DNA from: Akkermansiaceae bacterium
GTDB taxonomy: Bacteria > Verrucomicrobiota > Verrucomicrobiia > Verrucomicrobiales > Akkermansiaceae
Reading direction: 5' to 3'
DNA: 64,000 bases
Assembly (NCBI GenBank): GCA_051251915.1
Contig: JBPOGF010000004.1
Span: 96,001-160,000 of the forward strand
Shown here: positions 29,332-37,049 of the stretch, piece by piece
How positions within the stretch are numbered: position 1 is the first letter of the stretch
Layout of the letters: each line of letters begins with the position of its first letter
The notes under the pieces: generated by a model
Databases searched by the model: none
What the model was told of the DNA's origin: nothing
What the model saw: only the letters and a program-made list of their open reading frames with translations
Made by a program: the position numbers and the translations under genes

Positions 29332-29982
29332 ATGTTAAAAGCAGAGAGAGCCAAATATGTTCATCAGCGGTTGGACGAACTTTATGCTGAGACTCCGATT
29401 CCGTTGGATCATATGGATGCTTATACGCTTCTTATTGCTGTGTTGCTTTCTGCGCAGTGTACTGATGAGCGGGTGAATAAGATTACGCCGGCGTTATTTT
29501 TGCGGGCGAATAATCCGGTGGATATGGCGGAGGTTCCGGTGGAGGAGATCCGGGAGTTGATTAAGCCTTGTGGGTTGTCACCGAGAAAGTCTAAGGCAAT
29601 TTCTGAGCTGTCTCAGATCATCATTGATGAACATGGCGGGGAAGTGCCGCAGAGTTTTGAGGCGTTGGAGAGATTGCCAGGGGTGGGTCATAAGACAGCT
29701 TCTGTGGTGATGGCACAGGCGTTTGGGGTTCCGGCGTTTCCGGTGGATACGCATATCCATAGGTTGGCTCAACGGTGGAAGCTGACTGATGGGAAGAATG
29801 TGGTGAATACAGAGCGTGACCTTAAGAAATTATTTCCTAAGGAGTCTTGGAATAAGCTGCATTTGCAGATTATTTTTTATGGGAGGGAGTATTGTACTGC
29901 GAGAGGTTGTAATGGGATGGTGTGTGAGATGTGTAGGACTTTGTTTCCGAACAGGAAGACGCCTGTGGTGTGGAAGAAGTAG
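29332..29982 (+). CDS. nth: Endonuclease III
   Basis: LLSAQCTD, LPGVGHKTA, FPVDTHIHR, C-terminal Cys cluster for Fe-S. Confidence 0.95.
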   Translation: MLKAERAKYVHQRLDELYAETPIPLDHMDAYTLLIAVLLSAQCTDERVNKITPALFLRANNPVDMAEVPVEEIRELIKPCGLSPRKSKAISELSQIIIDEHGGEVPQSFEALERLPGVGHKTASVVMAQAFGVPAFPVDTHIHRLAQRWKLTDGKNVVNTERDLKKLFPKESWNKLHLQIIFYGREYCTARGCNGMVCEMCRTLFPNRKTPVVWKK

Positions 29983-29997
29983 GGAGGTTAGGTTGAA

Positions 29998-30441
29998 CTA
30001 GCTTTTGAGTTTGTCGCGAAGGGTCTCTTGGAAGGCGATCATGTCTTCGTCGTTGATTTGGTATGATGGGTCGTCTGCGTCTACTTTGAGTCTGCCCATT
30101 TCATCGATTCCCCAGAGGGCGTTCATGCCATCGCTGAAGATGACTTTTCCGCTTGCGAGGAATCCGGGTCTGACGATGCCGTCTACGGTAGCGTCTACAT
30201 AGCCGAGGGGAGTGAGTTCTTTAGGTTCTTCTTCTTTTTTTGGTTCCTCTGGTTTTGCTTCTTCTACGAGTTCGATTCCTAGGTCGATGATGGCGAAGCG
30301 TGTGTCCATGTAGGTGATGGAGGGGCTTAGCTGAAACTCGGCGTTGATTTTTTTCTGAAGGTCAGCGAGTTGGTCGCCTTGGGATGCCCAGATTTTTATC
30401 TGTTCTTGTTGTTGGGGTGTTAGATCTGTTACGTTAAACAT
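29998..30441 (-). CDS. Conserved hypothetical protein
   Basis: 147-aa ORF from MFNVTDL; no family recognised. Confidence 0.65.
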   Translation of the reverse strand: MFNVTDLTPQQQEQIKIWASQGDQLADLQKKINAEFQLSPSITYMDTRFAIIDLGIELVEEAKPEEPKKEEEPKELTPLGYVDATVDGIVRPGFLASGKVIFSDGMNALWGIDEMGRLKVDADDPSYQINDEDMIAFQETLRDKLKS

Positions 30442-30552
30442 GTGTTTATTGTGTTTTGTGAATGGAGTGACTGTTTTTAGCTGAGTATTTATAAATGGGA
30501 AGCTTGTTTGTTGAGATACTTTGGGGGGGGCGATCAAGTTAAGGATTTTTAC

Positions 30553-30641
30553 CACGAATCTACACTAATTTTCACGAATGGTGGACGATGAAGCCTTGCA
30601 TGATTAATTTTGAACCGCTGAAGTCGCTGAATTTCGCAGAA
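30553..30641. repeat. Two short-period (9-10 nt) repeat triplets at the defence island edge
   Basis: CACGAAT/CACTAAT/CACGAAT at 30553, 30563, 30573; CGCTGAA/CGCTGAA/CGCAGAA at 30616, 30625, 30635. Confidence 0.6.
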
Positions 30642-30693
30642 CTAGCACGTTGAAGCCCTCTATTTGTTTCTGGCTTTGTTGTTTAAATACATA

Positions 30694-30906
30694 ATGGTTG
30701 ATTTATTGATGGTGATTCCTTTTGGGAGAGATGAGGCTAAAGAAGCAGCGAAGGTTCGTGTTTTGCTGGAGGCTTTTGGTAAAGGGATTGGTCCGATGGA
30801 TGCTTTGATTGCAGTTTTGGTATTGGCTGGTGACTGCTTGTTAGTGACGCGGAATACAAAGTAATTTGAGCGTGTGGAGGAGTTGGAAGTGGAAGACTGG
30901 GGCTAG
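30694..30906 (+). pseudogene. vapC: VapC (PIN domain) toxin relic
   Basis: IPFGRDEA...GKGIGPMDALIA...LVTRNTK*FERVEELEVEDW. The TAA at 30862 sits where Glu is expected, and the N-terminal PIN half is missing. Confidence 0.8.
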
Positions 30907-30910
30907 GAAA

Positions 30911-31615
30911 TTATTCAGCAGAATTTCCCCCTAAGCTGTAGATAATATCCTGCACTAAGAGATAGACATCAGTGCTAGGGTCAATAGGTGATTCTCTATC
31001 AAGCGCTCCATGCTTTGAGGCATTTTGAAGCGCAACTTCATGAAGTTCGACTAATGGAGCAATGATTCTTAATAGCTCCTTTTCGTTGTCAGTATTTTTA
31101 ATTTTTAGACCACTATCAGATAAGATTTTAGCACAATAAGATTTTGCATCCTTGCCACTTATCAATGGTTTGCAGGATTTCATGACATGAAAGATCAACC
31201 ATGCTTCAAAACACGGATTACTCAATGCTAGTTTGACTCCTTTGGTATCAGCAGTATGGATGATTTTCTGTAAATCATCGTTGATAACCGCAACGTCTGT
31301 ATCGATCACAGCCCAAACATGATCATAAGCAATCGCTCTTCCTTGCTTTGCTCGTTGTGTTTTGATTTCTGAAAGTTTCACAGTATGGTCGATCACTTTG
31401 AAAGGGTCACTTTTCTTTCCTGGCAGAACTTCGATATCAGCTCCTCTGGCGCGTAATTGCTTTCTTAGTTCTTTGAAATACACAGGTTCAGTGACCGTGC
31501 CTTCAGTGACGATGAGAAAGGAGTCTCCTTGGTTGATGCCACGCTCAGACTGAGCTTGGATTTTCTTTCTAGACTTTTTGTCAGCAGCCTCTACCTCCCA
31601 CCAGTTCCTCATCAT
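30911..31615 (-). CDS. rloB: RloB family protein (TOPRIM-like)
   Basis: LIVTEGTVTEPVYF, VWAVIDTD, LSNPCFEAWLIFH, PSTDVYLLV; translationally coupled to the ATPase. Confidence 0.88.
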   Translation of the reverse strand: MMRNWWEVEAADKKSRKKIQAQSERGINQGDSFLIVTEGTVTEPVYFKELRKQLRARGADIEVLPGKKSDPFKVIDHTVKLSEIKTQRAKQGRAIAYDHVWAVIDTDVAVINDDLQKIIHTADTKGVKLALSNPCFEAWLIFHVMKSCKPLISGKDAKSYCAKILSDSGLKIKNTDNEKELLRIIAPLVELHEVALQNASKHGALDRESPIDPSTDVYLLVQDIIYSLGGNSAE

Positions 31616-32934
31616 TATTCAGAAATGTTAGCAGGTTGGTTTTTAGAAATCTGCTTGAACAGTTCCGAGGGGATGAAGGGAGTTCCTCCGTAGCGCCCAG
31701 CTAAGTATCCGCGTGCGAGTGACTCGTCATTGCGTGGTTTGAATTTAGTGAGTGGGTAGAGTGTGGATTTGCCGTCTGTGTTCTTTTCTGTGAACCAGAT
31801 CTGATCTCTTCTGAGAATTTCTTCATCTAGTAAGATGGAGCAGTGCGATGTGAATACTAATTGTGCAGAGGAGAAATCATTGAACATGAATAGTTTTAGG
31901 AGTTCTCTCACGATATTAGGGTGAAAGCTACTTTCTAGTTCATCTACAAAGACGACTCGTCCAGAATTGAGCATGTCTATCCACGGTCCTAGCATAGCGA
32001 AGAGTTTTTGGGTTCCTAAGGATTCATGTTTCCAGGGTAGGTATATTGCCTCGCCGTCTGGGCCTTGATGCTCTAGTTCAATTCTCTTTTGCTGCTTCAG
32101 TTCGTTGATCATCTTCTCGGCATCTGTGGAGGAGTAGCGATCACGTATTTCATCTTCTACCTCAGACGACAAAAATTGTTTTTTTACCCTGATGTTTGTG
32201 ATTCCTAAGTCAGCGGATTTTAGAAGTTGGGTGATTAATTTCCTGTTATGATCATTTTGGATCCAGTCAGAGGTGAATTCCTCACTGAGTCTTTTCTCGG
32301 CTTGGTCTATTAAGATTAAATGATCCTTAAACCATCTAAATACAGGTTCTAATAGCTCGTCTCCTAGACTGACTGATCTAGAGAGATAGAGCATGTTTTT
32401 TAGTGTTAATTTACGACGTGTTTTATCCAGTGTTGCTTGGCTGGACTTACTGCCACTCCATTCATATTCGCTGCTGTTTGCATTCCATTTACGTTCATAT
32501 CTGGTTTGCGAAGCTCCATTTTTATTTGGGAATACTTTGAGTGACTCATAGATCACTCTCTCTTGGGTTACGGCTAAGGTAAACTCATGCTTGATGTTTT
32601 TGATGGCTATCTCGACTCTAAATACTGATGGTTCAGAGACAGGCGCGAATGCAAATGGGAAGACAGCCGGGATGGGTGTCTCGGGATCTGTGAATGAGGC
32701 AGAATCTGTTACTAAATACCTAAGAACCCCCATTGCTTCTATTACTGAGGTTTTTCCACTAGCATTGGCTCCGTAGATTACAGCGCCTTTCAGCCAGGAT
32801 TTATTGGTGATTCCTGGAATTTCAGAATGCATTACGTTTGACTTTAGTTCTTTATAGCTGTTCACAGCCTCCATGGTGAAGCTCTGCCGCTCGTGAAAGC
32901 TTTTGTAGTTCGAGAACTCGAAATTCAGTAACAT
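31615..32934 (-). CDS. AAA_21/ABC-type ATPase, RloA/AbiLi-like
   Basis: NYKSF, IYGANASGKTS, ESLGTQKL, VDELESSFHP, QLVFTSH, RRDQIWFTEK, YLAGRYGGTP. Confidence 0.9.
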   Translation of the reverse strand: MLLNFEFSNYKSFHERQSFTMEAVNSYKELKSNVMHSEIPGITNKSWLKGAVIYGANASGKTSVIEAMGVLRYLVTDSASFTDPETPIPAVFPFAFAPVSEPSVFRVEIAIKNIKHEFTLAVTQERVIYESLKVFPNKNGASQTRYERKWNANSSEYEWSGSKSSQATLDKTRRKLTLKNMLYLSRSVSLGDELLEPVFRWFKDHLILIDQAEKRLSEEFTSDWIQNDHNRKLITQLLKSADLGITNIRVKKQFLSSEVEDEIRDRYSSTDAEKMINELKQQKRIELEHQGPDGEAIYLPWKHESLGTQKLFAMLGPWIDMLNSGRVVFVDELESSFHPNIVRELLKLFMFNDFSSAQLVFTSHCSILLDEEILRRDQIWFTEKNTDGKSTLYPLTKFKPRNDESLARGYLAGRYGGTPFIPSELFKQISKNQPANISE

Positions 32935-33013
32935 AGGTATGTAATTAGTGTATAATTATCCTTTGTAAAGCGATAATTGAGGATTTCACGTAGATTTCAG
33001 CCAGCTGTGGCGG

Positions 33014-34795
33014 TTAGAGGCTCTGGTTTACAATGCTGTCGGTGAGGGTGAGTTGGGTGGTTTGGGAGGTGGTGATGTTGGTTTTGAGGGTGTCGCAGAG
33101 GGACATGAGTTCTTCGACTTTGGCGACGATGCGTTTTTGTTCGGCTAGAGGAAGGATGGGAATGGGAGCTTGGAGGACTTTTTTAGGAGATGTGTGCTTC
33201 ACCTTCATACCAGTAGCAGTTCTGCGTAGTTCTTGTCGGAAGAATTTGGAATTAAAGAAAATGGCAAGAAACCTGTATGAAGTAAAACTACTATAAGTAA
33301 TAACTTTCCCTATTCGCTGATTGTGTAGGTATGTAAACTCGTTATCTGGTATAAAAGCAGGACTCCCAAGTAATCCGGCTGCTTGCTCTGTCATGGGGAT
33401 CATTAAGTCTCCAGATTCAAACACGAATTCTTGATTCATTTCACCTTCATAATATTTCGTTTTACTACCTCTATCACGGAAGCCTCCACTTTCGTAGAAG
33501 CTACCTGGCGTTATTAAAATATGCTGACATGGATCTTCTTTGAAGTATTTACTCTTGAAAGCATAGCCGTGCTTTAAGGATACAACATCATCTAATTGTG
33601 ACCAACTCCATGCTTCAGGAAGGTTGTAGAGATTTTCATATTCTTCTAGCTGACATAACCCTGATTGTTTCTTAATTTTTTTCTCCTTTAGAAACCGGGC
33701 TTTTTCGGTGGCGATGCGTTTTAGGAGTAGGGAGGCGGGTTCGTCGTTGGGGTCTTGGGGGACTAGTTTGCCCATGACGGCTAGTTGGAGGATGGTTTGT
33801 TTGAGGTGGTCGATGCTGGATTCTGTGGTGAAGAGGAGGTGGAAGTTGGATTCGATCTGCTGCCAGGCTTGTTGGAACTGGGCTGGGGTGGATGCGGTGG
33901 TGAGGGTGTCTAGGAGGGTTTTGACGAGGGTCTCATGGGTGTGGATGTGGTCTTCTGTTTGTTGCTCTAGCTTGTCACAGAGTTCCATGAGCTCATCCAC
34001 TTTGGCGACGATGCGGTGTTGTTCTTCTTTAGGAGGAACGCAGATTATGAAATTCTTGATGCTTTGCTGTGTAATACTGGCTTGATTAGCAGTTCCCTGC
34101 GCTTCTTGAACCAAATATTGCTTGAATCTTCTAGAGTTGATACATGTGAATAAGTACATTGGCACTAATTCATCCCAAAACCTTAACCTGACTGCATTCT
34201 GATTTAATAAAGAATTTCCAAATGTTTCATTGATAACGAATGATCTCCCTACTGCTGAAGTAGGTGCGGAAAACCAACTGCCAACAGTTGTCATAACAAT
34301 ATCATTAACATTCAGTAAATACTGAGAATAGTCAGAGGCTTTTTCCTCATCGATATATACAGAATTTTGAGTATGATTATCGGTTAGGTTTTTAATTTTT
34401 GTGATCATCAATCCGCTAGCTAAATAGTCCACTGATTTAAAAGCGTATCCTTTTTGAAAATTAGCTAGTTCACCTATTCTAGATTTTATCCACCCTTCAG
34501 GTAGATTAATGTTGATTTCCTCATTATCTATTTCATTAAGTGATTTTTGTTTTTTGATTACTTTATCTTTGATGAGCTGTTTTTTCTGATTTGCTATTCT
34601 TTTCAACAATTCTGAGGCTGGTTCATCATTTGGGTTTTGAGGGACTAACAATCCCTTAATAGCTAAAGTTCTGATCAGCTCTCGTAGTTTTTTAATCCCA
34701 TAAAGTTCTCGCTTCTTTCCTCCACCTCTTCCAGCCGAAGATTTCGCTTTTACGGTGGATGTCCAGAGGTCTAGGTGATCGGTGATGAGGTTCAT
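33014..34795 (-). CDS. hsdS: Type I R-M specificity subunit
   Basis: Two TRDs flanked by conserved LVPQ(N/D)PNDEPAS, LPE(G/A)W and P..EQ.RIVAKV.ELM.LCD. Confidence 0.95.
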   Translation of the reverse strand: MNLITDHLDLWTSTVKAKSSAGRGGGKKRELYGIKKLRELIRTLAIKGLLVPQNPNDEPASELLKRIANQKKQLIKDKVIKKQKSLNEIDNEEININLPEGWIKSRIGELANFQKGYAFKSVDYLASGLMITKIKNLTDNHTQNSVYIDEEKASDYSQYLLNVNDIVMTTVGSWFSAPTSAVGRSFVINETFGNSLLNQNAVRLRFWDELVPMYLFTCINSRRFKQYLVQEAQGTANQASITQQSIKNFIICVPPKEEQHRIVAKVDELMELCDKLEQQTEDHIHTHETLVKTLLDTLTTASTPAQFQQAWQQIESNFHLLFTTESSIDHLKQTILQLAVMGKLVPQDPNDEPASLLLKRIATEKARFLKEKKIKKQSGLCQLEEYENLYNLPEAWSWSQLDDVVSLKHGYAFKSKYFKEDPCQHILITPGSFYESGGFRDRGSKTKYYEGEMNQEFVFESGDLMIPMTEQAAGLLGSPAFIPDNEFTYLHNQRIGKVITYSSFTSYRFLAIFFNSKFFRQELRRTATGMKVKHTSPKKVLQAPIPILPLAEQKRIVAKVEELMSLCDTLKTNITTSQTTQLTLTDSIVNQSL

Positions 34796-34798
34796 GGA

Positions 34799-36250
34799 TT
34801 ACTTGGCGTCTGCGTCTGAGTTGAGGGCGGTGGAGAGGATGGATTTTAGCTGGTTGCGGAGGTTGTGGATGGCGGTTTGCTGGGTGTTGTAGGTTTTTAG
34901 GAGTTGTTGTGGATCGTGGTTGGTGGTTTCTGCTTGGTGGGGGTTGGTGATGTCTAGGTTGTAGTTGCGGGCTTTGATGTCGGCGATGCTGACTTTCCAG
35001 GCTTGGGGAGTTTCCTGGCGGTTGTTCCACCATTTTTTTTCTGGCTCGAATTCTTGGATGCGGATGGGTTTTGATTTGTTGTAGTTTTTGACGCCTTGTG
35101 GGTAGGGGTGCTCGTAGTACCAGATGTCTTGGGTGGGGGTGCCTTTTTCAAAGAAGAGGATGTTTGTCTTGATGCCGGTGTAGGGTGCGAAGACTCCATT
35201 GGGGAGGCGTACGATGGTGTGGAGGTTGCACTCGGTGAGGAGCTTTTCTTTGATGCGGGTCTTGACGCCTTCTCCGAAGAGGGTGCCGTCTGGGAGGACG
35301 AGGGCGGCTCTGCCGGTGTCCTTGAGCAGGCGCAGGATGAGTATGAGGAAGAGGTCTGCGGTTTCCTTGGTGCGGTAGGCGGTGGGGAAGTTGGACTCGA
35401 TGCCGTCTTCCTCTCGTCCGCCGAAGGGAGGATTGGTAATGACGATGTCGACTTTTTCTGATTTGGTGTAGGAGGTGAGTGGTCTGGCTAGGGTGTTGTC
35501 ATGGCGGATCTGGGAGGGGACATCGATGCCGTGGAGGAGCATGTTGGTGACGCAGAGCTGGTGGGGGAGGGCTTTCTTTTCTACTCCGTGGATGGCATTC
35601 TGGAGGAGGGTGCGGTGGGCGTCTGATTTCACCTGGGTGCGGAGGTGCTGGATGGCGCAGGTGAGGAAGCCGCCGGTGCCACAGGCGGGGTCTAGGATGG
35701 ATTCTCCGAGTTGTGGGTTTATCTGGTCTACGATGAACTGGGTGACGGCTCGTGGGGTGTAAAATTCACCAGCATTTCCTGCTGCTTGGAGGTCGCGGAG
35801 GAGCTGCTCGTAGAGGTCACCGAAGTTGTGGCGATCGTCTGTGGAGGTGAAGTCGATGTCGTTTAGTTTGTTGATGACTTGGCGTAGGAGGTGGCCTTTT
35901 TTCATGTAGTTGTAGGCGTCCTCGAATGCGTGGCGGACTACGTGGCCGGTTTTGTTGGCTTCTGTGAGGGTAAGTTTTTGGAGTGTTGGGAAGAGGTCGT
36001 TGTTGATGAAGGTGGTGAGGTCATCACCGGTGATGCCTTCTGGGTCTGCTGCCCAGGTGCGCCATTGGTATTGCTGTGGGATGATGGAGGTGTAGTCATC
36101 GTCCATGAGTTCTTGCTCTTGGTCACGGTCATCGTAGATTTTTAGGAATAGCATCCAGACTAGCTGGGATAGGCGCTGGGCGTCACCGTCTAGGCCCTCG
36201 TCTTGGCGCATGATGTCTTGGATGGATTTTACGGTGGTGGATAGGGACAT
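34799..36250 (-). CDS. hsdM: Type I R-M N6-adenine methyltransferase
   Basis: GEFYTPR, DPACGTGGF, TNPPFGG, LPDGTLF. Confidence 0.97.
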   Translation of the reverse strand: MSLSTTVKSIQDIMRQDEGLDGDAQRLSQLVWMLFLKIYDDRDQEQELMDDDYTSIIPQQYQWRTWAADPEGITGDDLTTFINNDLFPTLQKLTLTEANKTGHVVRHAFEDAYNYMKKGHLLRQVINKLNDIDFTSTDDRHNFGDLYEQLLRDLQAAGNAGEFYTPRAVTQFIVDQINPQLGESILDPACGTGGFLTCAIQHLRTQVKSDAHRTLLQNAIHGVEKKALPHQLCVTNMLLHGIDVPSQIRHDNTLARPLTSYTKSEKVDIVITNPPFGGREEDGIESNFPTAYRTKETADLFLILILRLLKDTGRAALVLPDGTLFGEGVKTRIKEKLLTECNLHTIVRLPNGVFAPYTGIKTNILFFEKGTPTQDIWYYEHPYPQGVKNYNKSKPIRIQEFEPEKKWWNNRQETPQAWKVSIADIKARNYNLDITNPHQAETTNHDPQQLLKTYNTQQTAIHNLRNQLKSILSTALNSDADAK

Positions 36251-36252
36251 GA

Positions 36253-36284
36253 TGAATTATGAATGTGGAATTATGAATTATGAA
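36253..36284. repeat. Heptamer tandem repeat TGAATTA-like x4.5
   Basis: TGAATTA TGAATGT GGAATTA TGAATTA TGAA, directly upstream of the hsdM start. Confidence 0.75.
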
Positions 36285-36314
36285 ATCTTGGGAGATGGGG
36301 GGCTTGGTGCTTTG

Positions 36315-37007
36315 CTAGCTGTTTTGGGTGAGTTGGATGACTGTTTGTAGGAGGGTGCCTGTGAGTGGCTGGACTCTGAGGTCGATGGGGAGGAAGAGAC
36401 CATTTTTGAGTGCGATGATGTTGCCGCTGTGGGTGTCTGAGATGACGACATTCTGCTTGGGGTCAAAGTAAGCAATGTCTCCGTTTATAGTAAATTTTTT
36501 CCAGCCTGTGTTGATGAAAAAAGCGTTTATTTCCTGATCTGTGGCTGGAGTGCCCTTGATGGCTGGCTGGGTGATGATGAGGCGTAGTCCTTGATCTGTG
36601 TCTAGTGCTCCTAAGAAGCTGACGGTATCACCAAAAAGTTGATTATGCAGCATCCAGCGCTCGAGATAGTCGATAGGCGAGGCACTGGGTTCTTCATCGT
36701 TTCTATGCACGACTAGCATTCCGAAGTGATCAGCCCAAGTGGCTTTGAGAAAACTGGAAGAATCTGAGCAGAACCAAACTTGGTGCTCATTTCCTTCATC
36801 GCTAGGAGCTGTGTCTAGCTGGTGGGGCGCTTCGGTGAGTAAGAGTCCGTTCGTGGACGCATATTCCCTGAAGATCTGGAGCTCTTCTGCGTAATAGGTG
36901 TAGCCTCCCGGAACGCCCGCAACTGTGTTACAGCGTCTTCTGAGCTGCTTAACAAGTTCTGGGAGCGTGCTTCCCGCATGACTTCTGCTATTTCCATGGG
37001 CTGACAT
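36315..37007 (-). CDS. Protein-kinase-like domain resembling the polyvalent-protein kinase family (Kinase-PolyVal)
   Basis: EGNEHQVW, LKAT, YLERWMLHNQLFGD, IITQPAIKG, catalytic-loop-like DTHSGN, PID. Confidence 0.7.
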   Translation of the reverse strand: MSAHGNSRSHAGSTLPELVKQLRRRCNTVAGVPGGYTYYAEELQIFREYASTNGLLLTEAPHQLDTAPSDEGNEHQVWFCSDSSSFLKATWADHFGMLVVHRNDEEPSASPIDYLERWMLHNQLFGDTVSFLGALDTDQGLRLIITQPAIKGTPATDQEINAFFINTGWKKFTINGDIAYFDPKQNVVISDTHSGNIIALKNGLFLPIDLRVQPLTGTLLQTVIQLTQNS

Positions 37008-37049
37008 TAACTAAGATTTAATAGTATTTCAAGTGAAATTGTGTGATGG

